This document shows, in pieces, positions 26,989 through 36,137 of a stretch of 64,000 bases of DNA; position 1 is the first letter of the stretch, and each line of letters begins with the position of its first letter. The stretch is from NCBI GenBank assembly GCA_002344055.1, contig DDTH01000007.1, forward strand, positions 30,415-94,414, read 5' to 3'. The stretch comes from Sphingomonadales bacterium UBA2369 (lineage in GTDB: Bacteria > Pseudomonadota > Alphaproteobacteria > Sphingomonadales > Sphingomonadaceae). The notes beneath the pieces were generated by a model. The model ran no database searches, was not told where the DNA came from, and saw nothing but the letters and a program-made list of their open reading frames with translations. The position numbers and the translations under genes are program-made.

Positions 26989-27052
26989 GTCAAGGGCTGA
27001 CATTGGTGTCAGTAGACAGCGGGTGGAAATCCCGCCGTGAGCCGATTAGGCG

Positions 27053-28708
27053 ATGGCCATGACAAAACGCACCGGTGGCCGCATCCTCGTCGACAATCTC
27101 GTGGCGCAGGGCTGCGACCGCATCTTCACCGTGCCGGGAGAAAGCTTCCTCGCCGTGCTGGACGCGCTGCACGATACGCCCGCGATCGACCTGGTCGTGT
27201 GCCGGCAGGAAGGCGGCGTGTCCTACATGGCGGATGCGGACGCGCGGCTGACCGGAAGGCCGGGCGCGGCCTTCGTCACGCGCGGGCCGGGCGCGACCAA
27301 TGCCTGTGTCGGCGTCCATGTCGCACGGCAGGATTCGACGCCGATGCTGCTGTTCATCGGCGACGTCGCGCGCGGCGACCGCGACCGCGAAGGCTTTCAG
27401 GAAGTCGATTTCCACACGATGTTCGCGCCGCTGGCCAAGCTGGTGCTGCGGATCGAGGATGCGCGGCGCATTCCGGAATATGTCGCGCGGGCGTGGAACA
27501 CGGCGGTGTCGGGGCGGCCCGGGCCTGTGGTGATCGTGCTGCCGGAGGACATGCTGACCGACGAGGTCGAGGCAGTGGACCGGCCGAAGGTGCCGTGCAT
27601 CGCCCAGAGCGCCGATCCGATGGCGGTCGATGCGATGATGGCATTGCTGAAGGATGCCGCGGCGCCGGTCGCCATCGTCGGCGGCGCGGGCTGGTGCGCG
27701 GGCACGGTCGCGGCGTTCAGCGAATGGGCCGAGCGGATCGGCATTCCCGTCGCGGGCGCGTTCCGGCGGCAGGATTCGATCGCGAACGACAGCCCGGTCT
27801 GGGCGGGCAATCTCGGCTACGGCCCGAACCCGAAGCTGGTGCAGCGGGTGAAGGATGCGGACCTGATCATCGCCGTCGGCGCGCGGCTCGGCGAGGCGAC
27901 GACGGACGGCTACACCCTGATTCCGCTCGATCATCCGGAGCAGACGCTCGTCCACATCCATCCCGATCCGTCCGAACTTGGCCGGGTGTACAAGACCGAC
28001 CTCGCCATCTGCGCCGACATGCGCGAATTCGCCGAATTGTGCGCGGCGTGGGAGGATGAGGTCATCCATTTCGATGCGGGCGCGGTAGCGCATGCGGAAT
28101 GGCTCGACTGGTCCACGCCGAAGCCGCGCGATGGTGTGACGCTCGACATGGGGCAGGTGCTGCTGGCGCTGCGCGACACCCTCCCCGCCGACACGATCGT
28201 GTGCAACGGCGCGGGCAATTTCTCCGCCTGGGTGCACCGTTTCTGGCGCTATGCCGCCGCGCCGAGCCAGCTCGCGCCGACCAACGGCTCGATGGGCTAC
28301 GGCACCCCCGCCGCCGTCGCTGCCGCTTTGCGCGCGCCGCGTCGGCAGGTGCTCGCTGTCGCGGGCGACGGCGATTTCCTGATGAACGGGCAGGAACTCG
28401 CCACCGCCGTCGCGCATGGTGCGAACATGCTCGTCGTGGTGGTCGACAATAGCGCCTACGGCACGATCCGCATGCACCAGGAGCGCGAATATCCCGCGCG
28501 GGTGAGCGGCACCAACCTCGCCAATCCCGATTTCGCCGCCCTCGCCCGCGCCTATGGCGCCTGGAGCGCGACGGTCGAGCGGACGGAGGATTTCGCGGGC
28601 GCGCTGGCGGAGGCGCAGCGGCAGAAGGGCGTGCGGCTGCTGCACCTGAAGACCGACGTGGAGCAGATCACCCCGGCGACCACGATCAGCGCGTTGAGGG
28701 CGAGGTAG
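27053..28708 (+). CDS. Thiamine pyrophosphate-binding enzyme (acetolactate synthase large-subunit-like family)
   Basis: VPGES, CRQEGG, TRGPGATN, GSMGYG, GDGDFLM...VVDNSAYGTIRMHQE. Confidence 0.9.
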   Translation: MAMTKRTGGRILVDNLVAQGCDRIFTVPGESFLAVLDALHDTPAIDLVVCRQEGGVSYMADADARLTGRPGAAFVTRGPGATNACVGVHVARQDSTPMLLFIGDVARGDRDREGFQEVDFHTMFAPLAKLVLRIEDARRIPEYVARAWNTAVSGRPGPVVIVLPEDMLTDEVEAVDRPKVPCIAQSADPMAVDAMMALLKDAAAPVAIVGGAGWCAGTVAAFSEWAERIGIPVAGAFRRQDSIANDSPVWAGNLGYGPNPKLVQRVKDADLIIAVGARLGEATTDGYTLIPLDHPEQTLVHIHPDPSELGRVYKTDLAICADMREFAELCAAWEDEVIHFDAGAVAHAEWLDWSTPKPRDGVTLDMGQVLLALRDTLPADTIVCNGAGNFSAWVHRFWRYAAAPSQLAPTNGSMGYGTPAAVAAALRAPRRQVLAVAGDGDFLMNGQELATAVAHGANMLVVVVDNSAYGTIRMHQEREYPARVSGTNLANPDFAALARAYGAWSATVERTEDFAGALAEAQRQKGVRLLHLKTDVEQITPATTISALRAR

Positions 28709-28712
28709 CCTG

Positions 28713-29045
28713 ATGAAGCCGCAAAATGCCTATGAAGCCTTGATGGAAGATGTCTACGTCGGGCTGGGTTATTGTGGCTGCATCAAACGTGATCGGCCCA
28801 TGCACGACGATTTTCTGATCCCGCCCTACGGACCCGTTACGGCAGACCAATTTGCCGAATGGGTCATCCTCGCCGACAATATGAATCCGAACACGGACGG
28901 TCACAAAACCGAGATCCGCCAAGCGTTTGTGAAGCACATGGGCGGAGAGGTCGTCGATGCGGCCTTGCTCCGCTGGGAAATATCTCCGTCGACCCAAGCC
29001 GGACCAGACGCGAAGCTTCGCGGGAGCCTGCCGGACCTCGACTGA
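28713..29045 (+). CDS. Hypothetical protein
   Basis: 110-aa ORF 4 nt after the previous stop; no recognised motif. Confidence 0.55.
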   Translation: MKPQNAYEALMEDVYVGLGYCGCIKRDRPMHDDFLIPPYGPVTADQFAEWVILADNMNPNTDGHKTEIRQAFVKHMGGEVVDAALLRWEISPSTQAGPDAKLRGSLPDLD

Positions 29046-29046
29046 T

Positions 29047-29784
29047 CTATCCCGCCTTGCGGTCAAGCGACTCCAAACGCCTCGCGAACCGCCGCAATAT
29101 CTCCGCTCGGCGATTATGCTCGCCGCCGGTCCAGTCGTCGGCCAGTTCGTAGCCGGCGCGGTCGGACAGGCGCTGGGCCAGTTCGCTCCGCGTGGCGCCG
29201 GGGAGCGTACTCATTTCCTTGACCAGCGCGTCGATGGCGCTTTCCCACGCTTCGAGCGAAGGCGCCGCCGGTGCATCCACGGCCGGGGCGGCGGCAAGCG
29301 TCTGCGCCCGTTCGACAGCGCAACGCTTCAGCTGCGCGGGGCGGCAGCGTTCCCACTGGATGGCGAGCGCGGCGCTGACCCACAGGCCGAAATAGCCCGC
29401 CCAGATCATCGCCCAGCGCAGGTCGCGGTTCAGATCGCGGACCTCGCCATATTGCAGAAGATCGGTGACCATCCGGGCCGCGAGCACGAAGATCGAGGCG
29501 GGCAGGATGGTCGCCAGGATCGCGGCGACGCGCGCCGCCTCCATCCGTTCCGCCGCGCGCCGGGTCCAGCCCAGCACCAGGGCAAAGCAGAGCGCCCCGA
29601 CGCCCGTCGCGATCAGCCGCGTCCCGTTGAACAGGCCGGGCGCCGTGGGGATCAGGCTCGCGATCGAACTGGTGAGGCAATAGCTGAACAGCCAGAAGGC
29701 CAGCGCCCAGCGCAGAATCGAGAAATGCCGGGAAGGCTCGGTATAGGCTGCGGCGGGGGTCGACAGGTTCATGCGGGCATCCAC
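29047..29784 (-). CDS. Hypothetical membrane protein with soluble C-terminal domain
   Basis: Four hydrophobic segments in the N-terminal half. Confidence 0.55.
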   Translation of the reverse strand: MDARMNLSTPAAAYTEPSRHFSILRWALAFWLFSYCLTSSIASLIPTAPGLFNGTRLIATGVGALCFALVLGWTRRAAERMEAARVAAILATILPASIFVLAARMVTDLLQYGEVRDLNRDLRWAMIWAGYFGLWVSAALAIQWERCRPAQLKRCAVERAQTLAAAPAVDAPAAPSLEAWESAIDALVKEMSTLPGATRSELAQRLSDRAGYELADDWTGGEHNRRAEILRRFARRLESLDRKAG

Positions 29785-29844
29785 TCGTTATCGAGGCGTC
29801 CTACCTCGCTAACGCACCTCGCGCCACCCTCGATCCGACCGGGA

Positions 29845-30345
29845 TCAAAGCCCGAACAGGCCGCTCCCTGCCAGATTCTTCCCGACCAGGGCCATCTTGC
29901 CCGCGTCGCCTTCCGCTTTCGCCTCGGCATAATTGCCGGCCATTTCCGCCTGCTGTTCCAGCATACCGGTTTTGAACGGGGTCGCCCCCTGCTCATATTC
30001 GTACATGCGCCAGGCCTGGCCGCGGACGCGGGCGAACTGGATGCCATAGCGGGCGAGGAACCAAAGCGTGCCGAGCCGGTCATATTGCCAGACATGCGTC
30101 AGTTCATGGATGAAGAGACCCTTCGCTGCGGCCTTGCCGGTGGAGAAATCGGGGAGAAACCGCTCCGGGCTGAAATGGATCGTGCGCCGCAGCGTGATCG
30201 CGGTGTTGCCGTTTTTGAACGCTGCCTTCGCGACCGGATTGCCCGCCGCGCCGTCGACGAAGCGGATTTTGGCATAAGCGAGCCGATCCCCGAACGCTTC
30301 GCGAGCGAGCGTGATTTCGCCTTCGGTCAGATGGCGTATCGTCAT
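29845..30345 (-). CDS. HExxH-motif protein (Vgr/Rhs-related, DUF4157-like)
   Basis: LTEGEITLAREAFG, FIHELTHVWQ, LEQQAEM. Confidence 0.7.
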   Translation of the reverse strand: MTIRHLTEGEITLAREAFGDRLAYAKIRFVDGAAGNPVAKAAFKNGNTAITLRRTIHFSPERFLPDFSTGKAAAKGLFIHELTHVWQYDRLGTLWFLARYGIQFARVRGQAWRMYEYEQGATPFKTGMLEQQAEMAGNYAEAKAEGDAGKMALVGKNLAGSGLFGL

Positions 30346-30365
30346 TTCGCCCCCACCCTTTCGGG

Positions 30366-30608
30366 TCAGCCCGCCGCTTCGGCCGCCTGTGCGCTCTGGA
30401 TCAGCGCATCCGCGAGTACGCGGGCGTGGGCGGGCAACATGCGCAGCTGGAGCACCGACGCTTCCCCCGCGTTCATCGCCTCTTCGGTCTCGAAATATTC
30501 CAGCCTCAGCAGCGACAGCGGCCCCGCACTGCCCGTTTCATAGCCGCCGAGCGTGAGCAGTTCGATATGGCCGCCTTCTTCCAGTTTCCAGTCCAGCAAT
30601 TCGGCCAT
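30366..30608 (-). CDS. Hypothetical protein
   Basis: 80-aa ORF with upstream GGAGA, fits the minus-strand run. Confidence 0.5.
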   Translation of the reverse strand: MAELLDWKLEEGGHIELLTLGGYETGSAGPLSLLRLEYFETEEAMNAGEASVLQLRMLPAHARVLADALIQSAQAAEAAG

Positions 30609-30726
30609 CGGGTCGTCTCCATCGGATCAAGCGACCGTCTCTAGCCGATGGTCCGGCGGAGTCGATATGGCTCGGCCGCCGCCCGGCCCGCGTCGCGCAC
30701 GAACCGGACGGCGGCCGGAAGCATGG

Positions 30727-30894
30727 TCAGAGGCTGTTGATCGCGCCCTTGACCGCGCCCTTCAGCTGCTGGCCCTTGCCTTTCAACTCCTGCGCGGCGC
30801 CTTCGGCCTGGGTCTCCGGATTGGAGCTTTGCTGCTTCAGCTTGCCGGCGGCCTCGTTCAGATTGCCTTTCACCTTGTCGATCAGTTCGCCCAT
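30727..30894 (-). CDS. CsbD family general stress protein (55 aa, absent from ORF track)
   Basis: Translated by hand: MGELIDKVKGNLNEAAGKLKQQSSNPETQAEGAAQELKGKGQQLKGAVKGAINSL; GAAGGA RBS. Confidence 0.88.
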   Translation of the reverse strand: MGELIDKVKGNLNEAAGKLKQQSSNPETQAEGAAQELKGKGQQLKGAVKGAINSL

Positions 30895-30930
30895 GACGGG
30901 ATTCCTTCAAGTGGTTGATGTTGATTGGAA

Positions 30931-30955
30931 AACGGGCGGCGGCGAATCCCGTTCC
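30931..30955 (-). promoter_or_regulatory. EcfG (general stress sigma) promoter of the CsbD gene
   Basis: GGAAC-N16-CGTT on the minus strand, the alphaproteobacterial EcfG consensus. Confidence 0.8.
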
Positions 30956-30986
30956 GCAACTCGTCGCATTCGGGCATGAAGCGGGC

Positions 30987-31583
30987 ATGGCGCACGAACG
31001 TATCGTCGATCTGTACGAACGCACCACCGCGGCCTGGGATGCGGTGCGCACCTTGCCGACGGTGGAGGAGCAGCCGCATCTGGATGCCTTCGCGGATGCG
31101 CTCGTTCCCGCCGCGGCTGTGCTCGACATCGGCTGTGGCACCGGCGTGCCGGCGCGGGGGCTGATCGCGCGCGGCTTCGCGCTGACCGGCGTCGATTCGT
31201 CGCCGGCGATGATCGACTTGTGCCGGGAGCGCTTTCCGCGGGCCGAATGGCTGGTCGCCGACATGCGGACGCTCGACCTCGACCGCCGCTTCGACGGCCT
31301 GCTCGCCTGGCACAGCTTCTTCCATCTCTCGCCGGACGACCAGCGCGCGATGTTCCCCATCTTCGCCCGCCACGCCGCGCCCGGCGGGCTGCTGATGTTC
31401 ACCAGCGGCGATGATGAAGGTATCGCGATGGGCGAATGGGAGGGCGAGCCGCTCTATCACGCCAGCCTGTCCCAGGCGGAATATCGCGCCCTGCTGACGG
31501 ACAATGGCTTCAATCTGCTCAGTTTCACGGGCGGAGAACCCCGCGCGCCCGGCCCGACCGTCTGGCTGGCGCGTAAGGGCTAG
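30987..31583 (+). CDS. Class I SAM-dependent methyltransferase
   Basis: VLDIGCGTG, GVDSSPAMI, WLVADMR, AWHSFFHL. Confidence 0.9.
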   Translation: MAHERIVDLYERTTAAWDAVRTLPTVEEQPHLDAFADALVPAAAVLDIGCGTGVPARGLIARGFALTGVDSSPAMIDLCRERFPRAEWLVADMRTLDLDRRFDGLLAWHSFFHLSPDDQRAMFPIFARHAAPGGLLMFTSGDDEGIAMGEWEGEPLYHASLSQAEYRALLTDNGFNLLSFTGGEPRAPGPTVWLARKG

Positions 31584-32284
31584 CGCGTGGCAAACCGGTC
31601 GACGATGCGGTGGAAGGCCGGGTCGCGCTTCCGGCGCAAAATGTCGATCGCGGTGCGGCCGTCCGCATCCGGAATGTCGCCGCGCGCGCCGTAGCGCGCC
31701 AGCATCTCGAAGTGCCGGGCCTCGCTGCCCTTCTTGAGCATCAGGTGGAGCGCCGTCTGCCCCTTGCCGTTGTGCGCGTCCGGGTCCGCGCCATGCTTCA
31801 GCAATTCCTCGGCGGGGCCAAACTTGCTCCAGGCGATGGCGCCAAGGAACGGCGTCTCGCCAGGCGTGCTGTCGTCATCCACTTTCGCACCATGCGCGAT
31901 CAGCAGGCGGATGGCGGCGCGATCCTCGTTCCAGACCGCCGCGAACAGGCAATAATCAGGCGTGGAGCCGAGCTTCAGCAGATGTTCGGCCAGCGCGAGA
32001 TTCTGCCCGTGCGAGACGGCATGCCAGAGCGGCGTCGCCTGCCAGCGCCCCTCGGTAAAGGCCGGGTCGCTCAGTCCCAGTCCGCGCGCCAGCAGCAGAT
32101 CGGCCATGCTTATGCTGTCCGCAGCGGTCCGCCCGTCCGCCAGCGTCCGCATCGCCGCGAGGTGCAGCCAGTTGCGCCCGCGTTCGTCGCGAACATCGAG
32201 CAACTCGCGCTTTGCATCCAGCAGCGCCGCCACCTCCCCGATGCGAAAATCGCGCACCAGTTCGCGGAGGCGGGTCTTGGACAT
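31580..32284 (-). CDS. Ankyrin repeat protein
   Basis: GRNWLHLA, ATPLWHAV, GETPFLGA, GQTALHLM repeats. Confidence 0.85.
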   Translation of the reverse strand: MSKTRLRELVRDFRIGEVAALLDAKRELLDVRDERGRNWLHLAAMRTLADGRTAADSISMADLLLARGLGLSDPAFTEGRWQATPLWHAVSHGQNLALAEHLLKLGSTPDYCLFAAVWNEDRAAIRLLIAHGAKVDDDSTPGETPFLGAIAWSKFGPAEELLKHGADPDAHNGKGQTALHLMLKKGSEARHFEMLARYGARGDIPDADGRTAIDILRRKRDPAFHRIVDRFATR

Positions 32285-32289
32285 CGCCG

Positions 32290-33075
32290 TCAGATCAGCC
32301 CGGCCAGCGGGCTTGAGGGGTCGGCATAACGCCTTTGCCCCATCCGCCCGGCCCGGTAGGCCAGCCGCCCGCTCTCGACCGCCAGCCGCATGGCCCGCGC
32401 CATCCGGATCGGATCCTTCGCTTCGGCAATGGCAGTGTTCATCAGCACGCCGTCGCAGCCCAATTCCATCGCCACAGCCGCGTCGCTCGCCGTGCCGACG
32501 CCCGCATCGACCAACACCGGCACGCCGGCGCCTTCGACAATCAGCCGGACGGTAACGCGATTCTGGATGCCGAGGCCGGAGCCGATCGGCGCACCCAGCG
32601 GCATGATCGCCACCGCGCCGGCTTCCTCGAGCTGCTTCGCGGCGATCGGATCGTCGACGCAATAGACCATCGGCTTGAAGCCCTCGCGGACCAGCACCTC
32701 GGTCGCCTTCAGCGTTTCGCGCATGTCGGGATAGAGCGTCTTCGCCTCACCCAGCACCTCCAGCTTCACCAGCTCCCAGCCCCCCGCCTCGCGCGCCAGC
32801 CGCAGCGTGCGGATCGCGCTTTCGGCGTCGAAGCAGCCGGCGGTGTTGGGCAGATAAGTGTAGCGCTTCGGATCGATATAGTCGGTCAGCAGCGGCTGGC
32901 CCGGATCGGTCACATTCACCCGCCGCACCGCAACTGTGACGATTTCGGCCCCCGACGCCTCCACCGCGGCGGCGTTCTGCGCGAAATCCTTGTATTTTCC
33001 GGTGCCGACAATCAGCCGCGAGGTGAAGGTGCGGCCCGCGACGGTCCATGTATCTGAAGATTCAACTTGGCTCAT
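32290..33075 (-). CDS. thiG: Thiazole synthase ThiG
   Basis: [46 protein letters not shown]. Confidence 0.97.
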   Translation of the reverse strand: MSQVESSDTWTVAGRTFTSRLIVGTGKYKDFAQNAAAVEASGAEIVTVAVRRVNVTDPGQPLLTDYIDPKRYTYLPNTAGCFDAESAIRTLRLAREAGGWELVKLEVLGEAKTLYPDMRETLKATEVLVREGFKPMVYCVDDPIAAKQLEEAGAVAIMPLGAPIGSGLGIQNRVTVRLIVEGAGVPVLVDAGVGTASDAAVAMELGCDGVLMNTAIAEAKDPIRMARAMRLAVESGRLAYRAGRMGQRRYADPSSPLAGLI

Positions 33076-33091
33076 TCGCTCTCCCAAACTC

Positions 33092-33176
33092 GTCATGCCG
33101 GACTTGATCCGGCATCCACCTGCCTTTCGGCGGCCGGTCAAGAAGAAGGTGGACCCCGGATCAAGTCCGGGGTGAC
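33092..33176. repeat. Palindromic RPE/REP-like element between thiS and thiG
   Basis: GTCATGCCGGACTTGATCCGGCATCCACCT ... AGGTGGACCCCGGATCAAGTCCGGGGTGAC, imperfect 30-bp terminal inverted repeats. Confidence 0.88.
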
Positions 33177-33188
33177 AAGGAGAGTGGG

Positions 33189-33407
33189 TCAACCACCGCC
33201 GACGAAGGTGACAATCTCATAATCGTCGCCATCCTCGACCATCACCTCCGCCAGCGTCGAGCGTGGGACGATCTCCAGATTGCGCTCCACCGCCACTTTC
33301 TCCGGCGCCAGGCCCAGTTCGGCGACCAGCTCCGCGATGCTCGTCCCGCCCGCCACCCGCCGGTGCTGGCCGTTCACTGTGACCGAAAGTGTCCCGTCCG
33401 CGCTCAT
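33189..33407 (-). CDS. thiS: Sulfur carrier protein ThiS
   Basis: [28 protein letters not shown]-terminus. Confidence 0.95.
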   Translation of the reverse strand: MSADGTLSVTVNGQHRRVAGGTSIAELVAELGLAPEKVAVERNLEIVPRSTLAEVMVEDGDDYEIVTFVGGG

Positions 33408-33421
33408 CTCTTCGCCTTCAA

Positions 33422-33450
33422 TTGCCGCTGCCCCTTTTTGGCCATATAGG
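33422..33450 (+). promoter_or_regulatory. Putative sigma70 promoter of aroQ-accB-accC
   Basis: TTGCCG-N17-TATAGG ending 10 nt before the ATG; near-leaderless. Confidence 0.55.
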
Positions 33451-33460
33451 ACCGCCCGCG

Positions 33461-33901
33461 ATGGCGACCGCCTCCCTCATCTACGTCCTGAACGGCCCCA
33501 ATCTCAACCTGCTCGGCACGCGCGAGCCGGAGATTTATGGCGCCGACTCGCTGGACGATATCGCCGCCCGCCTGACCGATCAGGCGGAGGACCTGGGCGT
33601 GGAGCTGGATTTCCGCCAGTCCAATCACGAAGGGCATTTGATCGACTGGCTGCACGAAGCGCAGGCGCAGGGGGCAAAGGCCGTACTGCTGAATGCGGGC
33701 GGCCTCAGCCACACCTCCGTCGCTCTGCACGATGCGGTGAAGGGCATCACCACGCCGGTGATCGAGGTCCATCTTTCCAATCCGCAGGCGCGCGAGGACT
33801 TCCGGCAGGTCAGCCTGACCGGCCGCGCCGCCATGGGTTCAATCTGCGGCTTCGGCGCGCTCGGCTATGCGCTGGCGCTGGACGCGGCCGCACGTCTCTG
33901 A
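33461..33901 (+). CDS. aroQ: Type II 3-dehydroquinate dehydratase
   Basis: LNGPNLNLLGTREPEIYG, QSNHEG, LNAGG.SHTS, EVHLSN. Confidence 0.96.
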   Translation: MATASLIYVLNGPNLNLLGTREPEIYGADSLDDIAARLTDQAEDLGVELDFRQSNHEGHLIDWLHEAQAQGAKAVLLNAGGLSHTSVALHDAVKGITTPVIEVHLSNPQAREDFRQVSLTGRAAMGSICGFGALGYALALDAAARL

Positions 33902-33914
33902 CAGGGGAATGTGA

Positions 33915-34397
33915 ATGAGCGACGATAACGGTTCCGAGGGAGCCATGCGCGTCGACACCGACATGGTGAAGACGCTTGCCCAGTTGCTGAGCGAAAACGA
34001 TCTCAGCGAAATCGAAGTCGAGGACGGCGATCGCCGGATCTCGGTGAAGCGCAAGATTCAGGCGGCAGCGGCGGCCGCGCCCGCCTTCATGGCGGCGCCC
34101 GCGCCTGCGCCCGTTGCAGCGGCGGCGCCGGCCGCGGCGGCCGCGCCCGCGGAAGGCCCGGCGGCGGGGTCCGTGCCCTCGCCGATGGTCGGCACCGTCT
34201 ACCTCTCGGCCGAGCCGGGATCGAAGGCGTTCGTCAGCGTCGGCGACCGGGTTTCCGAAGGCGACACGATCGTGATCATCGAGGCGATGAAGGTGATGAA
34301 CCAGATCGCCGCGCCGCGATCCGGCACCGTCACCGCCATCCTCGTCCAGAATGCCGAGCCGGTCGAATATGGCCAGCCGCTCGTGGTGATCGCCTAG
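33915..34397 (+). CDS. accB: Acetyl-CoA carboxylase biotin carboxyl carrier protein
   Basis: [15 protein letters not shown] biotinylation motif. Confidence 0.96.
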   Translation: MSDDNGSEGAMRVDTDMVKTLAQLLSENDLSEIEVEDGDRRISVKRKIQAAAAAAPAFMAAPAPAPVAAAAPAAAAAPAEGPAAGSVPSPMVGTVYLSAEPGSKAFVSVGDRVSEGDTIVIIEAMKVMNQIAAPRSGTVTAILVQNAEPVEYGQPLVVIA

Positions 34398-34400
34398 ATC

Positions 34401-35756
34401 ATGCCGGACATCGGCAAGATATTGATCGCCAATCGCGGCGAGATCGCGCTGCGCATCCACCGCGCGGCGCATGAAATGGGCATCAAGACGGTCGCGGTCC
34501 ATTCCACCGCCGATGCCGACGCGATGCATGTGCGCCTCGCGGACGAAGCGGTCTGCATCGGCCCGCCGAGCGCGACCGATTCGTACCTCAACATCCCAGC
34601 GATCATCTCGGCCGCCGAAATCTCGAACGCCGACGCGATCCACCCCGGCTACGGCTTCCTCAGCGAGAATGCGAATTTCGCGGAGATCGTCGAGGCGCAT
34701 AACCTGATCTGGATCGGGCCGAAGCCCGAGCATATCGTCACGATGGGCGACAAGGTGGAGGCGAAGCGCACCGCCGGCGCGCTCGGCCTGCCGCTCGTTC
34801 CCGGCTCCGACGGCGCCATCGAGGATGTGGCGGAGGCGAAGCGCCTGGCCCGCGACATCGGCTATCCGGTGATCATCAAGGCGGCGTCGGGCGGCGGCGG
34901 CCGCGGCATGAAGGTGTGCGAGAGCGAGGACCAGCTCGAAACCCTGATGCAGCAGGCCGGATCGGAGGCGAAGGCCGCGTTCGGCGATGCCACCGTCTAT
35001 CTCGAAAAATATCTCGGCAATCCGCGCCACATCGAATTCCAGGTGTTCGGCGACGGCAATGGCAATGGCATCCATCTGGGCGAGCGCGACTGCTCGCTGC
35101 AGCGCCGGCACCAGAAGGTGCTCGAAGAGGCCCCCTCCCCCGTCATCACGCCGGAGGAGCGCGCGCGCATGGGTGGGATCGTCGCCAAGGCGATGGCGGA
35201 CATGGGCTATCGCGGCGCGGGAACGATCGAGTTCCTGTGGGAAAATGGCGAATTCTACTTCATCGAGATGAACACCCGGCTGCAGGTGGAGCATCCGATC
35301 ACCGAGCAGATCACCGGCCTGGACCTCGTCCGCGAGCAGATCCGCGTCGCCGAGGGCAAGGGGCTGACGCTGCGCCAGGAAGACGTGCAATTGCGCGGCC
35401 ATTCGATCGAAGTGCGCATCAATGCCGAGGACCCGCGCACCTTCGCCCCGTCGCCGGGGCGCGTCGGCCATTTCCATCAGCCGGGCGGGATGAACGTCCG
35501 CGTCGATAGCGGCCTTTACTCCGGCTATTCGATCCCGCCTTATTACGATTCGATGGTCGCCAAGCTGATCGTCACCGGCACCACCCGCGCCGGCGCGCTC
35601 CGCCGCCTCCGCCGGGCGCTGGAGGAATTCGTGATCGAGGGCGTGAAAACGACGATCCCGCTCCACCAGGCGATCATCCAGGACCCGGACTTCATCGACG
35701 GCAATTATACCATCAAATGGCTCGAGGAGTGGCTCGCCAGACAGGACGCCGCATGA
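34401..35756 (+). CDS. accC: Acetyl-CoA carboxylase biotin carboxylase
   Basis: [50 protein letters not shown]. Confidence 0.97.
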   Translation: MPDIGKILIANRGEIALRIHRAAHEMGIKTVAVHSTADADAMHVRLADEAVCIGPPSATDSYLNIPAIISAAEISNADAIHPGYGFLSENANFAEIVEAHNLIWIGPKPEHIVTMGDKVEAKRTAGALGLPLVPGSDGAIEDVAEAKRLARDIGYPVIIKAASGGGGRGMKVCESEDQLETLMQQAGSEAKAAFGDATVYLEKYLGNPRHIEFQVFGDGNGNGIHLGERDCSLQRRHQKVLEEAPSPVITPEERARMGGIVAKAMADMGYRGAGTIEFLWENGEFYFIEMNTRLQVEHPITEQITGLDLVREQIRVAEGKGLTLRQEDVQLRGHSIEVRINAEDPRTFAPSPGRVGHFHQPGGMNVRVDSGLYSGYSIPPYYDSMVAKLIVTGTTRAGALRRLRRALEEFVIEGVKTTIPLHQAIIQDPDFIDGNYTIKWLEEWLARQDAA

Positions 35757-36088
35757 AGGCGACCATCTGGCACAATCCGCGCTGCTCGAAATCGCGGGAG
35801 GCGCTGACGCTGCTGCAGGATGCGGGCGCGGATGTGGCCGTGTTCGAATATCTTAAGCAGCCGCTGTCGCCAGACGAGTTGAGGCGCATCCTGGCGAAGG
35901 CCGGGATCGCGCCGCGTCAGGTGCTGCGCGACAAGGAAACGGGCGCGGCCGCGCTGAAGGATGCGAGCGACGACCAGATCGTCGACGCGATGATGCTGGA
36001 TCCGATCCTGATCGAACGGCCGCTGGTGGAGACGCAGAAAGGCGCCGTTCTCGCCCGCCCGCCCGAATTGGTGCGCACCATCCTCTAG
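35753..36088 (+). CDS. ArsC family (glutaredoxin-type) arsenate reductase-like protein
   Basis: [18 protein letters not shown]. Confidence 0.88.
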   Translation: MKATIWHNPRCSKSREALTLLQDAGADVAVFEYLKQPLSPDELRRILAKAGIAPRQVLRDKETGAAALKDASDDQIVDAMMLDPILIERPLVETQKGAVLARPPELVRTIL

Positions 36089-36137
36089 GTCCCGCCCCGA
36101 CCCCGATGGGCTGGAGCGGGACCTGAACGGCAAGCGC

